Origin: Azolla caroliniana
Taxonomy: Eukaryota; Plantae; Polypodiophyta
Direction: 5' to 3'
Length of the DNA: 64,000 nucleotides
Assembly: GCA_043228905.1 (NCBI GenBank)
Contig: JBHGNT010000012.1
Span: 17,236,001 to 17,300,000, forward strand
Shown: one piece after another, positions 37,032 to 50,600 of the stretch
How positions within the stretch are numbered: position 1 is the first letter of the stretch
Layout of the letters: the number at the start of each line of letters is the position of its first letter
Notes under the pieces: generated by a model
What the model saw: the letters and a program-made list of their open reading frames with translations, nothing else
What the model was told of the DNA's origin: nothing
Database searches by the model: none
Translations under genes and position numbers: made by a program

Positions 37032-40000
37032 TCAAAGCTCGGATAAAATGGCTGGAATGTAATGAGACAATTCAGCAGTAAGTGACTGAAAACCATTAAC
37101 AAGCTGAGAGTGGAATTCTTGATCTTCTTCTCCAATAAGACGTGAGTGTATTCTGATTGCTCGTTTACACACCGCCATAAACTCAAGCAATGCGGCAATT
37201 AATTGTTGCAGCTCTTGGGATCGGAGCCTTGTCGCGGGCTCTCCAGAAAGAAAGGCAGTACATACACCAAGAACACCGCTATTCACCTGGTCAATATACA
37301 CTGTATTATTGCATCATCCTCATCCAGAGACCAGATACATACATGTAGGTATATGTATTATAAGATTAAATGCGTTATGTCTATATATTGTGTATGTACA
37401 TTTATATCATGCGCATGTGTATAGATAGATGTATATTTGTATCATGTGCATGCGTATGTATATTTGTATATTCATTTAGAATTCCTACATATTATTAATG
37501 GGATGAAAACCCACAAGAAAGGAAGGCAAGGAAACAGTTACCTTTTCGTAGACATGTACATCGAAAGTCACACACATATCTCTATATTTTAAGAAAATGC
37601 TATACTAAAAAAACATGAGTGTTTGTACATTTATGTGTGTGAGAAAAAACATATACAAACAAATATAGATACAAGAGAAATAATATGGCTTATATATTCT
37701 GCATATTAGCAGATAGAAGATGCTGATACCTGAACTGCCACACTTCCTTGTAGGATTCTTTGAAGGCTTTGCAAGTGTGGTAACTGATCTCCTTCTGAGG
37801 TTCGGGGTTCCTCAAGTTCATTCCGAAGGGCAGCTGTTCTTGTTTCAATCATGCCAATTGCATTCTCAATAGGGGAGAACTCCCTTGAATGTGACTTCAT
37901 CACCAAGAGTCTATTCACCAGAGCAGGAAATGAGCCTACAGTTTCAATCACAGTTCTTCGTTTCCATTGGTCTTCTAATCCTCCTTGTGTTTTACCATTT
38001 TTTGTAAAGGGAGTGTCAAAAAGGAAATGGTCAAATACACGAGCTCGTATACTTGCAGATAGATGTGAAGCTACTCTCTCTTTCCTACTTTCCAAATCTT
38101 CATCTTCCATCACAGGGTCCACAGAAGTGATCTGTAGGTAGCAAACACCGGGCTGAAGTTCCTCTGCATTGACTTGGCGAGAATCCGGTATAATGTGAAG
38201 TGTCTGGTTTCCATCAAGTCTTGACTCGTATATATGGCTGAGCTTCTCCATAATATCACCTAAACGCACATCCCGTGCCTCCCTATATACGTACTCTTTC
38301 TTGTTTAGCTTACCGAAGCATTCTCCATAGAACCCAACACGGTAATATGTCGCATCAATGAATGGAATTGGACTAGCTTCTTGTTCCAAAATTGCTTCAT
38401 ATATACCAGTAAGAGAAGTATGGCACTTTGATAACTGAGCATATGCATATCTACTTTTGTAAACAGGAATGATTAACTCTAAAATTCCAGCGCAAAAGTG
38501 AAAGAGTTCTGCCTGAGAGAATAACTTATTGGCAAGCTGCAAATACTTCACAGCTGAATCAACTGTAAGCTTGGATGCTCCATACCCTTCCACTTCTGCA
38601 GCGACTGCCTCTCCAGAAAGCACGTCACTCACCATGGGACAGATCTTTCTCAAAGCTTCCACATGCTCTCTACCCCAAACTGCCTCACTTCTTCCAACAA
38701 GAGCCTGCACACAGTAAGCGCAATATGCTAAGAACCCATACGCAACAAAAGATGCAATCAAATTACCATCAGATTAAAGTCAAATACATTTTGGGACCAA
38801 AGGCTGAAAAATGGTTTGCCCATAAATAAGTAATAGGTACATACTAATTACATGCACATAACACTTTATTTTAGTGATATAATATGTCTTACTACTGGGA
38901 CACCTCGATGTATGTATGTGTGTGTGTATATATATATCTATCTTATCCTTCCATGGTAAGATGCCATATGATACTAATGTTGTTCAATGAATTAATCAAG
39001 TATTACAAAAAACAGGCGCATTTTGAAACACAACTAGATTTTTCACTGTCCAAACTCTTACTTGCATAATTACTCCAGCAACTCCCACGGCACATTGTGC
39101 GGCTTCAGCCCATGATTGCATTTCTTGATGGGCATCACACAGATGAAGCAACCACATTATGTGCAAATCTGGAACATGAGCATAGGCCCAAGCAAGACTA
39201 TGATAGCTTTCAGCAGCAGCATATTTGTCAACCGATAATAAGGACCCCTGTGATGGGCAACAAGGAAAACAATAAACCTATAATCCATGTTTAACCTGAG
39301 ATATAAAAAACTGATTGCGAATAAAAATGAGCTAATTTTGTCACAGCCTTACCAAAAGCGCATGTTCAGTACCAGCATCAAGAGCTCGAAGTAATGCCTT
39401 TGATACCTCTTCGACTTCCGCCCACCTCCATCTATTTTCTCTAGATCCTTCTATCACTGCATCCAATGCTGTTATACTTACACCACATTCTGTAAGCCGA
39501 TCCAAACTCATGTTCTCTTTAGCCAAATCCTCCAACGACTTTCGGAGGCGACGTACCTCACCGCTTTCTTCAAGCTGTCCATCTGATCGCATCTGTGTAA
39601 CTTGAATGTCTGACATCAGTTCAGAAAGGGTAATCGTCAACATGACACGCAATCTCGCAGTGCCCTGGAAGTTGTAAAATGAGTTCTGTAGAGAAAAGTC
39701 AATAATTCAGACCAATGAAAATAGTGATTGACAGGAAGAAATTAAGCATATATAGCAAGCCATATTCTATCGCTAAACAAAGGATGTACATGTTGCACAT
39801 ACCCGTATTAAAATCTGAAGGCCAAGCACAGCCCGCTTATGAATGGACTCATTCCGAAAAACTGCAAGGCGCAGCAAATAAAATGCGACTTGTTTCAGGA
39901 AACGGTCATTTTCACGGACCATGAGTGTCCCACCATGGCGGTTAAACACATTATTAAAGACTGGAAAAAATGCTTTCCAGAATGCAAGAGGTTGGCTCCT

Positions 40001-41565
40001 CGAAAGGCAGGCCATAATGATTGCAGTCACACAATCAAGTTTTAAATAATCTGTCGCAATACTGTGTATAGATGCAGCTTCTGAGAACTTCTCAAGAATC
40101 TCTAACACTTGAAGACTCACAGCTGCACTCAGATTTTCTTCCCACAGTTCCTGAATGAGAAAATAATACATCCTTAAAATTGGAATGTGCACGAAGAATA
40201 ATATATGTGTAACAAAACTTGACAAACAGTTTAGATACGGAACATTACAAGCTTCTGCCGCAGAGCTGGATTTAGATTTTCCCGCATTGCACGACTTGAT
40301 GTGCCTATTCTTGACGAATGTGCTTGAGCTAATGCCTCACGTAACGAGTATGGCTGGCTTGGAGAACTTATTTGTGGACTCAATCTCTGCCATACATATC
40401 CATTTTCAGTCGGTGCCTGCAAAGTCCAAACACTCTTGTTTTCTTTCTGGAAATATTTATTCTCTCTCTCCTTCTGAATGTGGATTGACACGAATTAATA
40501 TTAGTGGGCTTCAAGATTAACATAGATATATATGTTCTGTATGGTGCTTATAAACTACAGGCACAAAACACCTAAGAGATGCATGTCTAGGGTTTAGGTT
40601 ACTGTTAAGTCGTCAATTTTAGTTTGAATGCTTGCAACCTCATTATTTATTCTTGCATATTTTACACATTGAAGACATACCCTATTTTCTTGCCTTGAAG
40701 ATTCATTCAAATATTCGTGCACAGCAGGAGACAGCATGTCAGAATATTTTGGTGAAAGAGCAGCTTCAACCTCTGCAGGTGGATATGTTGGAGCTGATGT
40801 TGTGGACAGGCTATCTGGAGCCTTTTTATACTGAACAAAATATCATCACCAGTAAAATGTTCTTAAAAAGAATCTCTCAATGATAGATATAAAGTTGATT
40901 ATATGCTTCCCCATATTCAAGCTATACCAAATGTGCCCCCATTATGATTTGAACTTCTAGAGAACTTGCTAGGATTTAAATTAGAAAATATATTATAAAA
41001 AGTTCGAAAACAAAACTCAAAATCTGGTTCTACTGCTACAGTCCTAGATAATAATCGAGGTACAAGACCACTCAGAAAGCACTCGACGTCCTTTTTATTC
41101 TCTACTAGGAATGCCCTTTCATACAACCACTAATAGATGAGGTTATAAATAAGCATAGAGTTTCCAACTAAGAAAATTCTCAACCTTATCAATAGAACAC
41201 AATAGATAGATACACGTACTGCAATAAAGATACATAAGTACAAATATGATTTTCGCTTCTAGCACATTATGTTACATCATTAAACATGATTCTTATAACC
41301 TGCCACAGTAACAGATGATAACATATTAATTACCTCAAAGAGCAGAAGACATTCTTCTAACAATTTGAAAAACAATCTTGTTCGAGCCACATTCTGCTGC
41401 CACGCTTTTGTGAGGGAGATGTCATCAAGATTCCGTATTATTTGGAGAACACAGATAAGAACCTCACGTTTCTGTGTTAAACTGAGATTATAAAAGACTG
41501 GCATTTCATCCAAGATCTGAATGGACATATGTATTTGTCGGTTTCTCTGTCTCTCTCTCTCTCTG

Positions 41566-41610
<45 letters not shown>

Positions 41611-44600
41611 GGACACTAATATAACATCATCATCTACCTCGCTATCTCATCCTCCGCAAGAAGCAAACGAGGTTAAATAAGGTGGTGAAGACAGGTAGAT
41701 CCAAAACAGAGACACAATACAGTTTCTGCAATAAGGTTAAATAAGGTCAAATGCATCTACGGTTTGTAACGATACGGCAATTTATGATTTCCTTAGGGGC
41801 AAGTGAATCACAGTTTCTGCAGAGGGCATTTTAGGACTTGAGGTGCATGAAAAATTAGGGTTTACAGCATTGATCAAATAGGCCAATTAGGATTTACACA
41901 TATAAGGACACAATTTATGTGTCCAATGATTTTGTACATCAGGATTCAGCTCAGCATGGATTTCCATCAGAGGGTAGATAGTTGCTCATCTGTGCTTTTT
42001 CACCCATGTTGATATCCTTAGGGGTAAGTGAATTTATGTGTCCAATGATTTTGTACATCAGGATTCAGCTCAGCATGGATTTCCATCAGAGGGTAGATCA
42101 CCCACCTAAGGCAATTTATGATTTCCTTAGGGGTAAGTGAATCACAGTTTCTGCAGAGGGCATTTTAGGACTTGAGGTGCATGAAAAGTTAGGGTTTACA
42201 GCATTGATCAAATAGGCCAATTAGGATTTATACACATAAGGACACAATTTATGTGTCCAATGATTTTGTACATCAGGATTCAGCTCAGCATGGATTCCAT
42301 CAGAGGGTAGATAGTTGCTCGTCTGTGCTTTTTCACCCATGTTGATATGGCAAAAGTGCAGCAGTAAGCTGGTTGGTCATGCTTTTCAGCTTCAACAAAA
42401 TTATATCCAATGGACAAGGAAATTGAACCATCTGCAACAGCTCAAAACGTTTTACATTTTTAGATGTATGGTTTCCTGAACCCCCCTTTACAGCAGTAAT
42501 TACTGTTCATCACCTCCGCAATACTTTATTTTTACATCAATGCAATTAGACAGTGACCTAAGAGAGTTCACGATCACCCATGGTGTAATTTTCCAGAGTG
42601 ATACGTGGCCACAACCCCCCCCCCTAGACATCAACTCTAGGAAACAATCGGCAACGGCTCGGTTTGAACCAAACTGAACCATGAAACCACAGCGTACAGT
42701 TTAAACAGTTCGTTTTGGAGGTGGACGGTTCTGTTCGGTTCAGTTTTAACAGTTTGAAACCACGGTTTAAACGGATTAACAGTTTGATGGTTTAAAAATA
42801 AATAAATTAAACAACCTTTTCATTTTTAAGCCTAATTCTCACATTTTAGGAAAAATCTTTAAATTTTTGCAAAATTAAAATTTGAAATAATGAAAACTTT
42901 TAAATTTTGAATTTTGACTTAAGTTGAAAATCAAACCCGAACCACGAAACCGCAGTTTTAGTAGTTTAATGGTTTGGATTTTTACCTAACGGTTTGGTTT
43001 AAACGATTTCAACTTAACAGTTTCATGGTTCGGTTCAGTTCGGCTTGAACACTCTCAAACCGAACTGAACCGTTGCCGATTGTTAACTCTAGGTTTCTTA
43101 TTATTATTTCTGCATCCATCATAAATCAGATGATTGAAACTTTGATCTACAGAATAACGTTTTCCGAGGTTAACTTCCCAATAAATACTGTGTTTGACAA
43201 TTTGGCCATTCTGCAAAACTCATCCCTCTTAATCAAGGAAGATAAAAAAGATGCATATGTCACCAAATGTTCAATGTGATGTGAAATTTGACTTATTGGA
43301 TCACCAATGATCGATGTTTTCAAAGAGCAGCAATTTCAGTAGGATCAGGCACCAAACATTTTTGTTAGCGATTCATGATTACATTTCAACCCATTTAGTT
43401 TTAGAAAGTTAAAAAGGAAAGACAAGTTTCTTTTCCAGCTCACACTGACATTAACATAAACCATTGTATTCTCAGGTGCATACACCAGTATGGTCTTTGA
43501 CTAAAGAGACCTCCCATCTCCCCAAAATTTCATGAATGATTAATTATATACCTGAAAGAAACATGGTTTCTTCCATTCTGATTTACGAGAGACAACACCA
43601 GACCCAAATTAAAATTGTGAAATCATTTAGAGAATCATAGCCTGTTTACCAATATATCAACGAAAAGGATGATGTTCATTTCTACTTTTAATCATTAATC
43701 ATATGATAATTCCAACAACAAAAAAAATGTGTAAGAATATAGTTACCAGTCCTATGAGAGGGAAGTACAATTGTGCAATGTACAACTTGTCATCTGCTTT
43801 CTGGTACCGAGCATCGAACTCATGTTTGCACATTAATATCACCAGTATACGAGCAGCCTTGATGTAAAGAAATACTATCAGCACATGAAAAACAATATCA
43901 TAAAAGCAGTTGTATCTGTGTATTTTTTTGTGGGGGATAGGAAATGTCAGATTGTAAATAGTTAGCATCAACACTGATGGTACTCTCACCTTTGCACGTT
44001 GTGCTAGATCATCATGATCCCATGACATAAAAAGTTCTTGAACCAAAACTGATGAGAGATAATTTCTGCAAGTTCAATAAATGAAGAAAACTGATATCAG
44101 AGTTCCTGTAAAGTTCATTATTTGGAAACATGTACAAGTAGCAGATGTTTTTATGGCAACCATGTGATGAGTTTTAACCAGGCAATGCTTCCGATTTTGA
44201 ATTTAAATATGGACTTCATATCAAAAATAATAATTTTGCAGAAAGCAACAAATTTAGTTTTAGGATTAACATGCATTCACTTAGAATATAAAAGTAGTGG
44301 GGAACATGAGCATTGCTTGGCAACTTCACTACCAAAATTGTTTCCTCTGCTAAGTGACTAACCTCTCTGCTGGATCGCGTCCTGGCATTTCTACAAATAA
44401 ATCATGGTCGCATACCACTTGCAAAAAAGTGAGCTTACATTCATGCAATGATGGTTGGCAGATACCAGTAAATTTATTAATATAAAGAGCCACCTGCAAA
44501 ATTCCATTTCCCACTTCAGAAAAACTCCATTACCATTATGATCAACAAAAGGAAACTAGCAAATTTACCACGAAAAAATAAAATATATATAAATATTATT

Positions 44601-47600
44601 TTTACTTTAAAACATTCCAGCACAGATCGGGCATTCATAAATGTGTGAATTCAAAACTCATCCTCCATCCATTTTCACAACACATTACAAAAAACACGCT
44701 AAGAGATTTACAAATAAGACCTTTAAATAAAGTTTTTGAAGGTTATAAGACTTCAGTGGAAGAATGGGCTAGGAAATGAACACAAGGCAGACTGTAGAGG
44801 GTAAGATGAATGAGGCATCATCTTCCATTTTTTGATTGAAGCAATGTTAATAATATTTGATGTTAATAATATTTGATGAGCTTACCAGTTCAAAAACTTG
44901 GCGTGGATCGATTACAGACAGCAGATCATGGCAGAAGAAACCTAAACTCCCATTCAAGCGTTTTGCAAGCCCAATCCCTTTCTTGCTTCTTTCATGTACT
45001 TCTGTAAGTAAGCAATCATAAAGCTGACCCAGACATCTAAAAACCCCATCCTTCAGTGGTAATGGTGGTACCTCTTCACCTGAAGCAAAGTTAAAAGAGA
45101 CTTCAAAAACTAACAAACTAGCATTCACCATACATATTTGCTTGTGCACACATTCCAAACAAACATTGAGTAATAGAAGAACTTCCAAGGATGATAGAAG
45201 TCACTAATGGGAAATAAGAATGGAAAAACTCGTAAAGAATGTAACATAGAGACATTGAGGAACTCACCCATAGGAAGACTTCCAGAATACGTACGAGCTT
45301 GTTCCAATGCCATTGATTTTACAATAAGCTCCAAAAATACCCATGCCATAGATAGCACATCATCATAAACAGGTCCAACACGATAACCTTTTGCCTAGAT
45401 AGACAAGCATAGTAATTTAGGAAGCCCATCATATTCCTTTCTAAAAAAGACCATCAATCAGTAAAATATGATCCTGAGAAATATTTTATCCAGATATTTT
45501 CACTTTGAACAAACCTTATTTCTAGTGTTCTTCACATTAAGTGAGGACAAAAACATGTCATCTTATATATAGTATCAAAAATATTGATTGCCAAAGATTA
45601 TCTTATTATATGCTGGAATATCTTACACCATAAACATGTAAAACTTTCTCACAGAATACAAATATTGCAACTTAACATTCAAATTAGACCTTCAAACCTA
45701 CTCTCCTATTAAGCATCCACCAACTTCACAACGTATATCTTTGGAGTTCGAAATAGCACAAGTATATACAAAGCTAATACCTAGATCAAGTAATTATAGT
45801 TCTGACAAAACAGACATTTATACATGCGCTCTGGATCATAGCATGTCCTGCTCTTTACTATATCGAATCAAATTTGCAAAAAATTATACTCAAACACAAC
45901 CAATATTTGAATGCTGTGTGTCTGAAGAACAAAGTTGACACCTTGCTTCGTGCTAGACTTCCCCAGACGGTGCAAAGACCTGGGTAAACAGGTGGCTGCC
46001 TACCATCGAAGTCATCAAACAAGTAATCTATGTATTGTACAAGGAATCGGTTTCTCTCAGCTCCATCTGATGATTCTTGCTGTACCCTGTGAATATTCAT
46101 TTATCACAAATAAGATGCACAGAAAGACAAGCAAAGAAGACATATCGAAAATTGAGTAAATGTTTGCTCTTTTACCTACTATAAAAAACAGAACAGGAGA
46201 CTAATAGGGGTGTTTTTATTCGGAAGTAAAAGACTTCAATTCATACTTATAAAAAACAAATTTGCCAAGAAAATACTACACAATCTAAATGTACCTTGTT
46301 AGAATGTTGACCATTGCACGAAATGCTGCCACCTGTGCCATGGAGGATTTCTCTCTTTTTTTCCATTAAAAAACATTGTATCATATAATGTAAAACAAAG
46401 ATGGAAAACAAATTATCACATGATCACTACTACAGAAAAATAAGAAGCAAACAAAAAAGCCTATATCAAAGAATCTACTAACTATGAAATAAAATGAAAC
46501 CCTAAGAGTATTATTTTCATAGCAATTAACAATCGGCAACAGTTCGGTTTGGTTCAAGAGTGTCAAAGTCAAACTGTTTAAAATCGAACCACTTAAAAAA
46601 GTTGAAACTTAAACCAACCGTACCAAACCACAAAACCAAATTTCATGGTTTTGCTGTTCGGTTTCGGTTTTCAAGTTAGGTCAAATTTTCAATTTTCAAT
46701 TTCTAAATTTTTTCAGCATTTCAAATTTTCAGTTTTCAAAATTTTAAAGATTTTTCTTAAAATGTTAGAATTAGGCTTTAAAATGAAAAGGTTGTTCAAA
46801 AAAGTATTTAAGAAAATAATCAAGCGGCAACCCTAAACCATTTAAACCGAACTATTGACCGCCCCCCCCCAAACCGAACCATTAAGCCGTGGTTTCAGTT
46901 CAAACCGAAGCATTGCCGATCGCTTATAGCAATGCCAGAACAAGCTGCCATCTCAATAGTTTGATGTTCTAGGTCAGTTCAGCCTTGTATAGACTTTAAT
47001 TTTGCTGATTTCTCTTTTATTATATTTATTTAGAGAAAATCTTATATTGATTGCCATGTGGCCTCATTCTGAAGGATTTGATTATTGACTTATAGAAATA
47101 CCTGTGGTCGCACAAGAAAGTGCCTAGCAAATGGGTTGCATAAAACTACAATAGAATTAGCAAGTAAGGGAGGTGCATTGAAAAGGGAAAACCAAATGAT
47201 TGAAAAAACCTTAGGCAACTACATAGACAGCAAGTCTTTCCGTGACAGAATGCAAAACTACATGAAGACGAGATTAATTTCTGGGAGAGAACTAGACAGA
47301 AGGCACCAAGTTTTGGCTCTCCACAAAAGGACGTCAACTTCTGATAAGATGTTGAGGACGACATTGCCTAGCTAGAAAGGAAACAGAGAAGAATCCTTGC
47401 TCCAAGGAAGAGGGCGACATAAAAGAAATCCAATCAAATTTAAGTCATCTTCAAGAAAAATATAAGCAGGAAATGTGACGGCATAATGTTAAAGCAGAAA
47501 AATGGGCAGAAATTGTGAAGACATTACCTACACAAGGATGTGTCAACTAAAGTACAAGTTCTATGACAAGTGATCAAACATGGATGCCCACTCCCCTATA

Positions 47601-50600
47601 CTATTTGGTCTTATTATATACACCAATCATTGTCTTGAGGAATTCATGAAGACTGGCACTTAACATGAAAGATTACATAATCCAACTAGAGGCATTTCCA
47701 TTGTTATTGCTATCAATGGGTACGGTTTTAGCTCGATCTGAACCGATCCATTAAGTCATGGTTTTAACGGTTTATTGGTTCCCAAAAAATTTAATGGTTT
47801 GGTTTGGTTTGGATATTTAATAAACGGTTCGGGTTCGGTTCTAAAATTCAGGTTTATCGGTTTAAATGGTTTAGTTTAAAGGTTTATTGGTTTCTGGTTA
47901 ACTTTTATTTTCACCTTAATAGTTTATTAATTTAATGGTTTTTTATTGATTTAATTACTTTAACTTAAATGCTTATTTAATTTAATGGTTTAATTAAAGT
48001 TTCTTTTATTGATTTAATAAATTTAACTTAAATACTTATTTTTAATGTATTTTTGTTTATTTAGATTTTTAATTAGTTTGATTAAATAGTTAGGTTTAAA
48101 TTTTTTATTAAATGGTTTGGTTTAGTTTCAACTTTTACCTAAACAGTTTGGGTTTAAATGGTTTGGTTTACCTTTTCTTAAATGGTTTGGTTTAAATGTC
48201 TTGAGAGTTCATAAACAGTTTGGTTTGGTCTTGGTTTTGGTTTTGGTTTTGGTTTTGGTTTTATATAAATGGTTCAGTTCGATTTCAAGGCAAAGAAACC
48301 AAACCGAACCATGCCCATTGATAACTACTGCTATATGCATATGGTACGATTTTCTTTATGACATAATGTAGATGCAACATTATGGATCGTTTAAAACTTA
48401 TAATATTTTGGGGAAGATAGTGAACTCTCAGTCAAATTGATGTAGTGCAACTGAGATTATGCTGATCAAAACAATACAACCTAATAAAGGGCCATCGTTA
48501 AATGCATTGCTATGAAAATATGTTCATTATTTTCATAGCAACAACCTAACAAGCCACCAGGTTTTTGATGTTCTTCACAGTTTCAATTATCTTGGTACAT
48601 ATTCCACACTAACACAGATGCAATAAATGTGTTGGGCATCGCTTTGAGTCAAAGTAGCTGCATACTATCAAATCTTAAATGATGCCCCTGGTGATACCAC
48701 TTGCTTGAAAGTAGATAGAAAAATCTTTGATACATTTCTTGTACAGAATCCACTTTTACGGATGCAAGTTCACAGTCCAAAAACTACTCCATAATTAAGG
48801 AACTGCTCATGAATATTCTTAAAATATCTTTCCTGCTTTTAGGCTGAAGAAAAAGAAACTAACTTGTAAAGTTTCACCACCATCACCAATCAGTTGGAGA
48901 AGCATATTCAAGATGGATTGTAAAAACTGAAGCATTGCAGTTGAATCTACATTCTTTAAGCCATTTATTGCCTGAGATAAATAACAGAGACGCCATTAAA
49001 TTGATGAAATCTGTAATTAATCCCAAAACGTGGAACAGAAATAAATAGGAATAAGTAGCTAAACAGATGTCTATAAATATATTGAACGAATTGAATTATA
49101 TAATTAATTAAGTTCAACAACTTGTGGTAAAATGATTAGTGACTGAACTGTACAATGGTTCAAATTATAAAATAAAAACCACATAGCACATGAAGAAAAT
49201 CAGTACAGCTTCCGCATATTTATGTTTCTTTATCAGGCTTTAGACAGTGAGCTATAAATAAAAAATAGAATAACATAAATTACAGCAATAAGGACATTGT
49301 TACACACAACTAATACATTCCATAAATTTCAATGATGGGATATGCACCTCAAGTAGTTCTGATCCCCATGGAGGACTGGTTTGCAAGACATGCCGATCAT
49401 ATTCAATGAAAAAATCCCTGATTCCATCATTTACAGGATATAAAGTAGAACAAATCCGCAGCCGTAATTTGAAGACCATTCTTCCGTCTTCAACATAATC
49501 CAATCTCTCCTGCAAAAACCAAGGGATTGAATTTTACGAGATACGAACAGAGATAACAAACAGATTCTGGTGTCAAGCTCTTACTTTGATGTTGTCTTGT
49601 AGGTAATGTGGAAGAAGGTCCCTGATGATAGGTAAATTGACTTCTGACCGGAGTAATCTAACAGAACCAAAAGAATAACACTTCAGAATCAAGGGCATTC
49701 TCAACTAAATAAACATGACTATATGAAAAGAGTAATACACTTCTATGGACTCGTGATCCAGTAGCAAAGCAATAACCGTTTATATATAATTCATTTAATG
49801 CTAGCACATTATGATACATATCCACTATTAAATTTCCAGAGATGACATTTATATCATAACTAAAGGACAGACATATACTTAAATAATACTTTACTTGGCA
49901 AAAGAATAGATGAAATTACATGAATGGGGTTACGATATTACAACAATTATTTGAATTTGCATGATTATTGCTGAGCAATTATCCAACTCCTTAAATCGTT
50001 CCAAAAAGTAAGTAGAATATTAAACTTGGCACTAGCAATAACGCAATTCATATGATCAACACTGTAGTTGAAAAACATGAATTAATATACTGATCCATTC
50101 CTGCAGCTGGCTGCTGGATTTCTGTTTTGGTTACCTCATATTTTACAGAACACAAACTAAAAGTAGCATGCTAGGAAAAAGCTGTGCCAATCTATCGAAA
50201 GAAGTTTAGGTTGATGACGACCACAAATTCCTATTTCGATCAGATTTTACTTTTCAACAGACCCTGTGTTCCTTGCTTGCTTACTCTGACAACCTAGCCC
50301 CTGTGTGCTCTTTCATATAGGAGTTGTTGCATTTCCTTTTTACCACTCTCAAAAGTTTCCATCAGTTATCTGTGGCTCTCGAACCTTTCAATCTTTTTGA
50401 TGAGTTTTGAGAATGCAAACAAAAAAAGTAATATAGTATGTTGAAGAAATTCTTACTGTGCATTCATGGACAATGGAAGCACCGAATAACCAATAACCAC
50501 CTGCAAAGAGCATCAAATATCATCAAAATGGCCCTACAAGGACTGCAGAATGCACAACCAATCAGGACAAAACATGTTTAATAGAGTAAAAAATAATACC

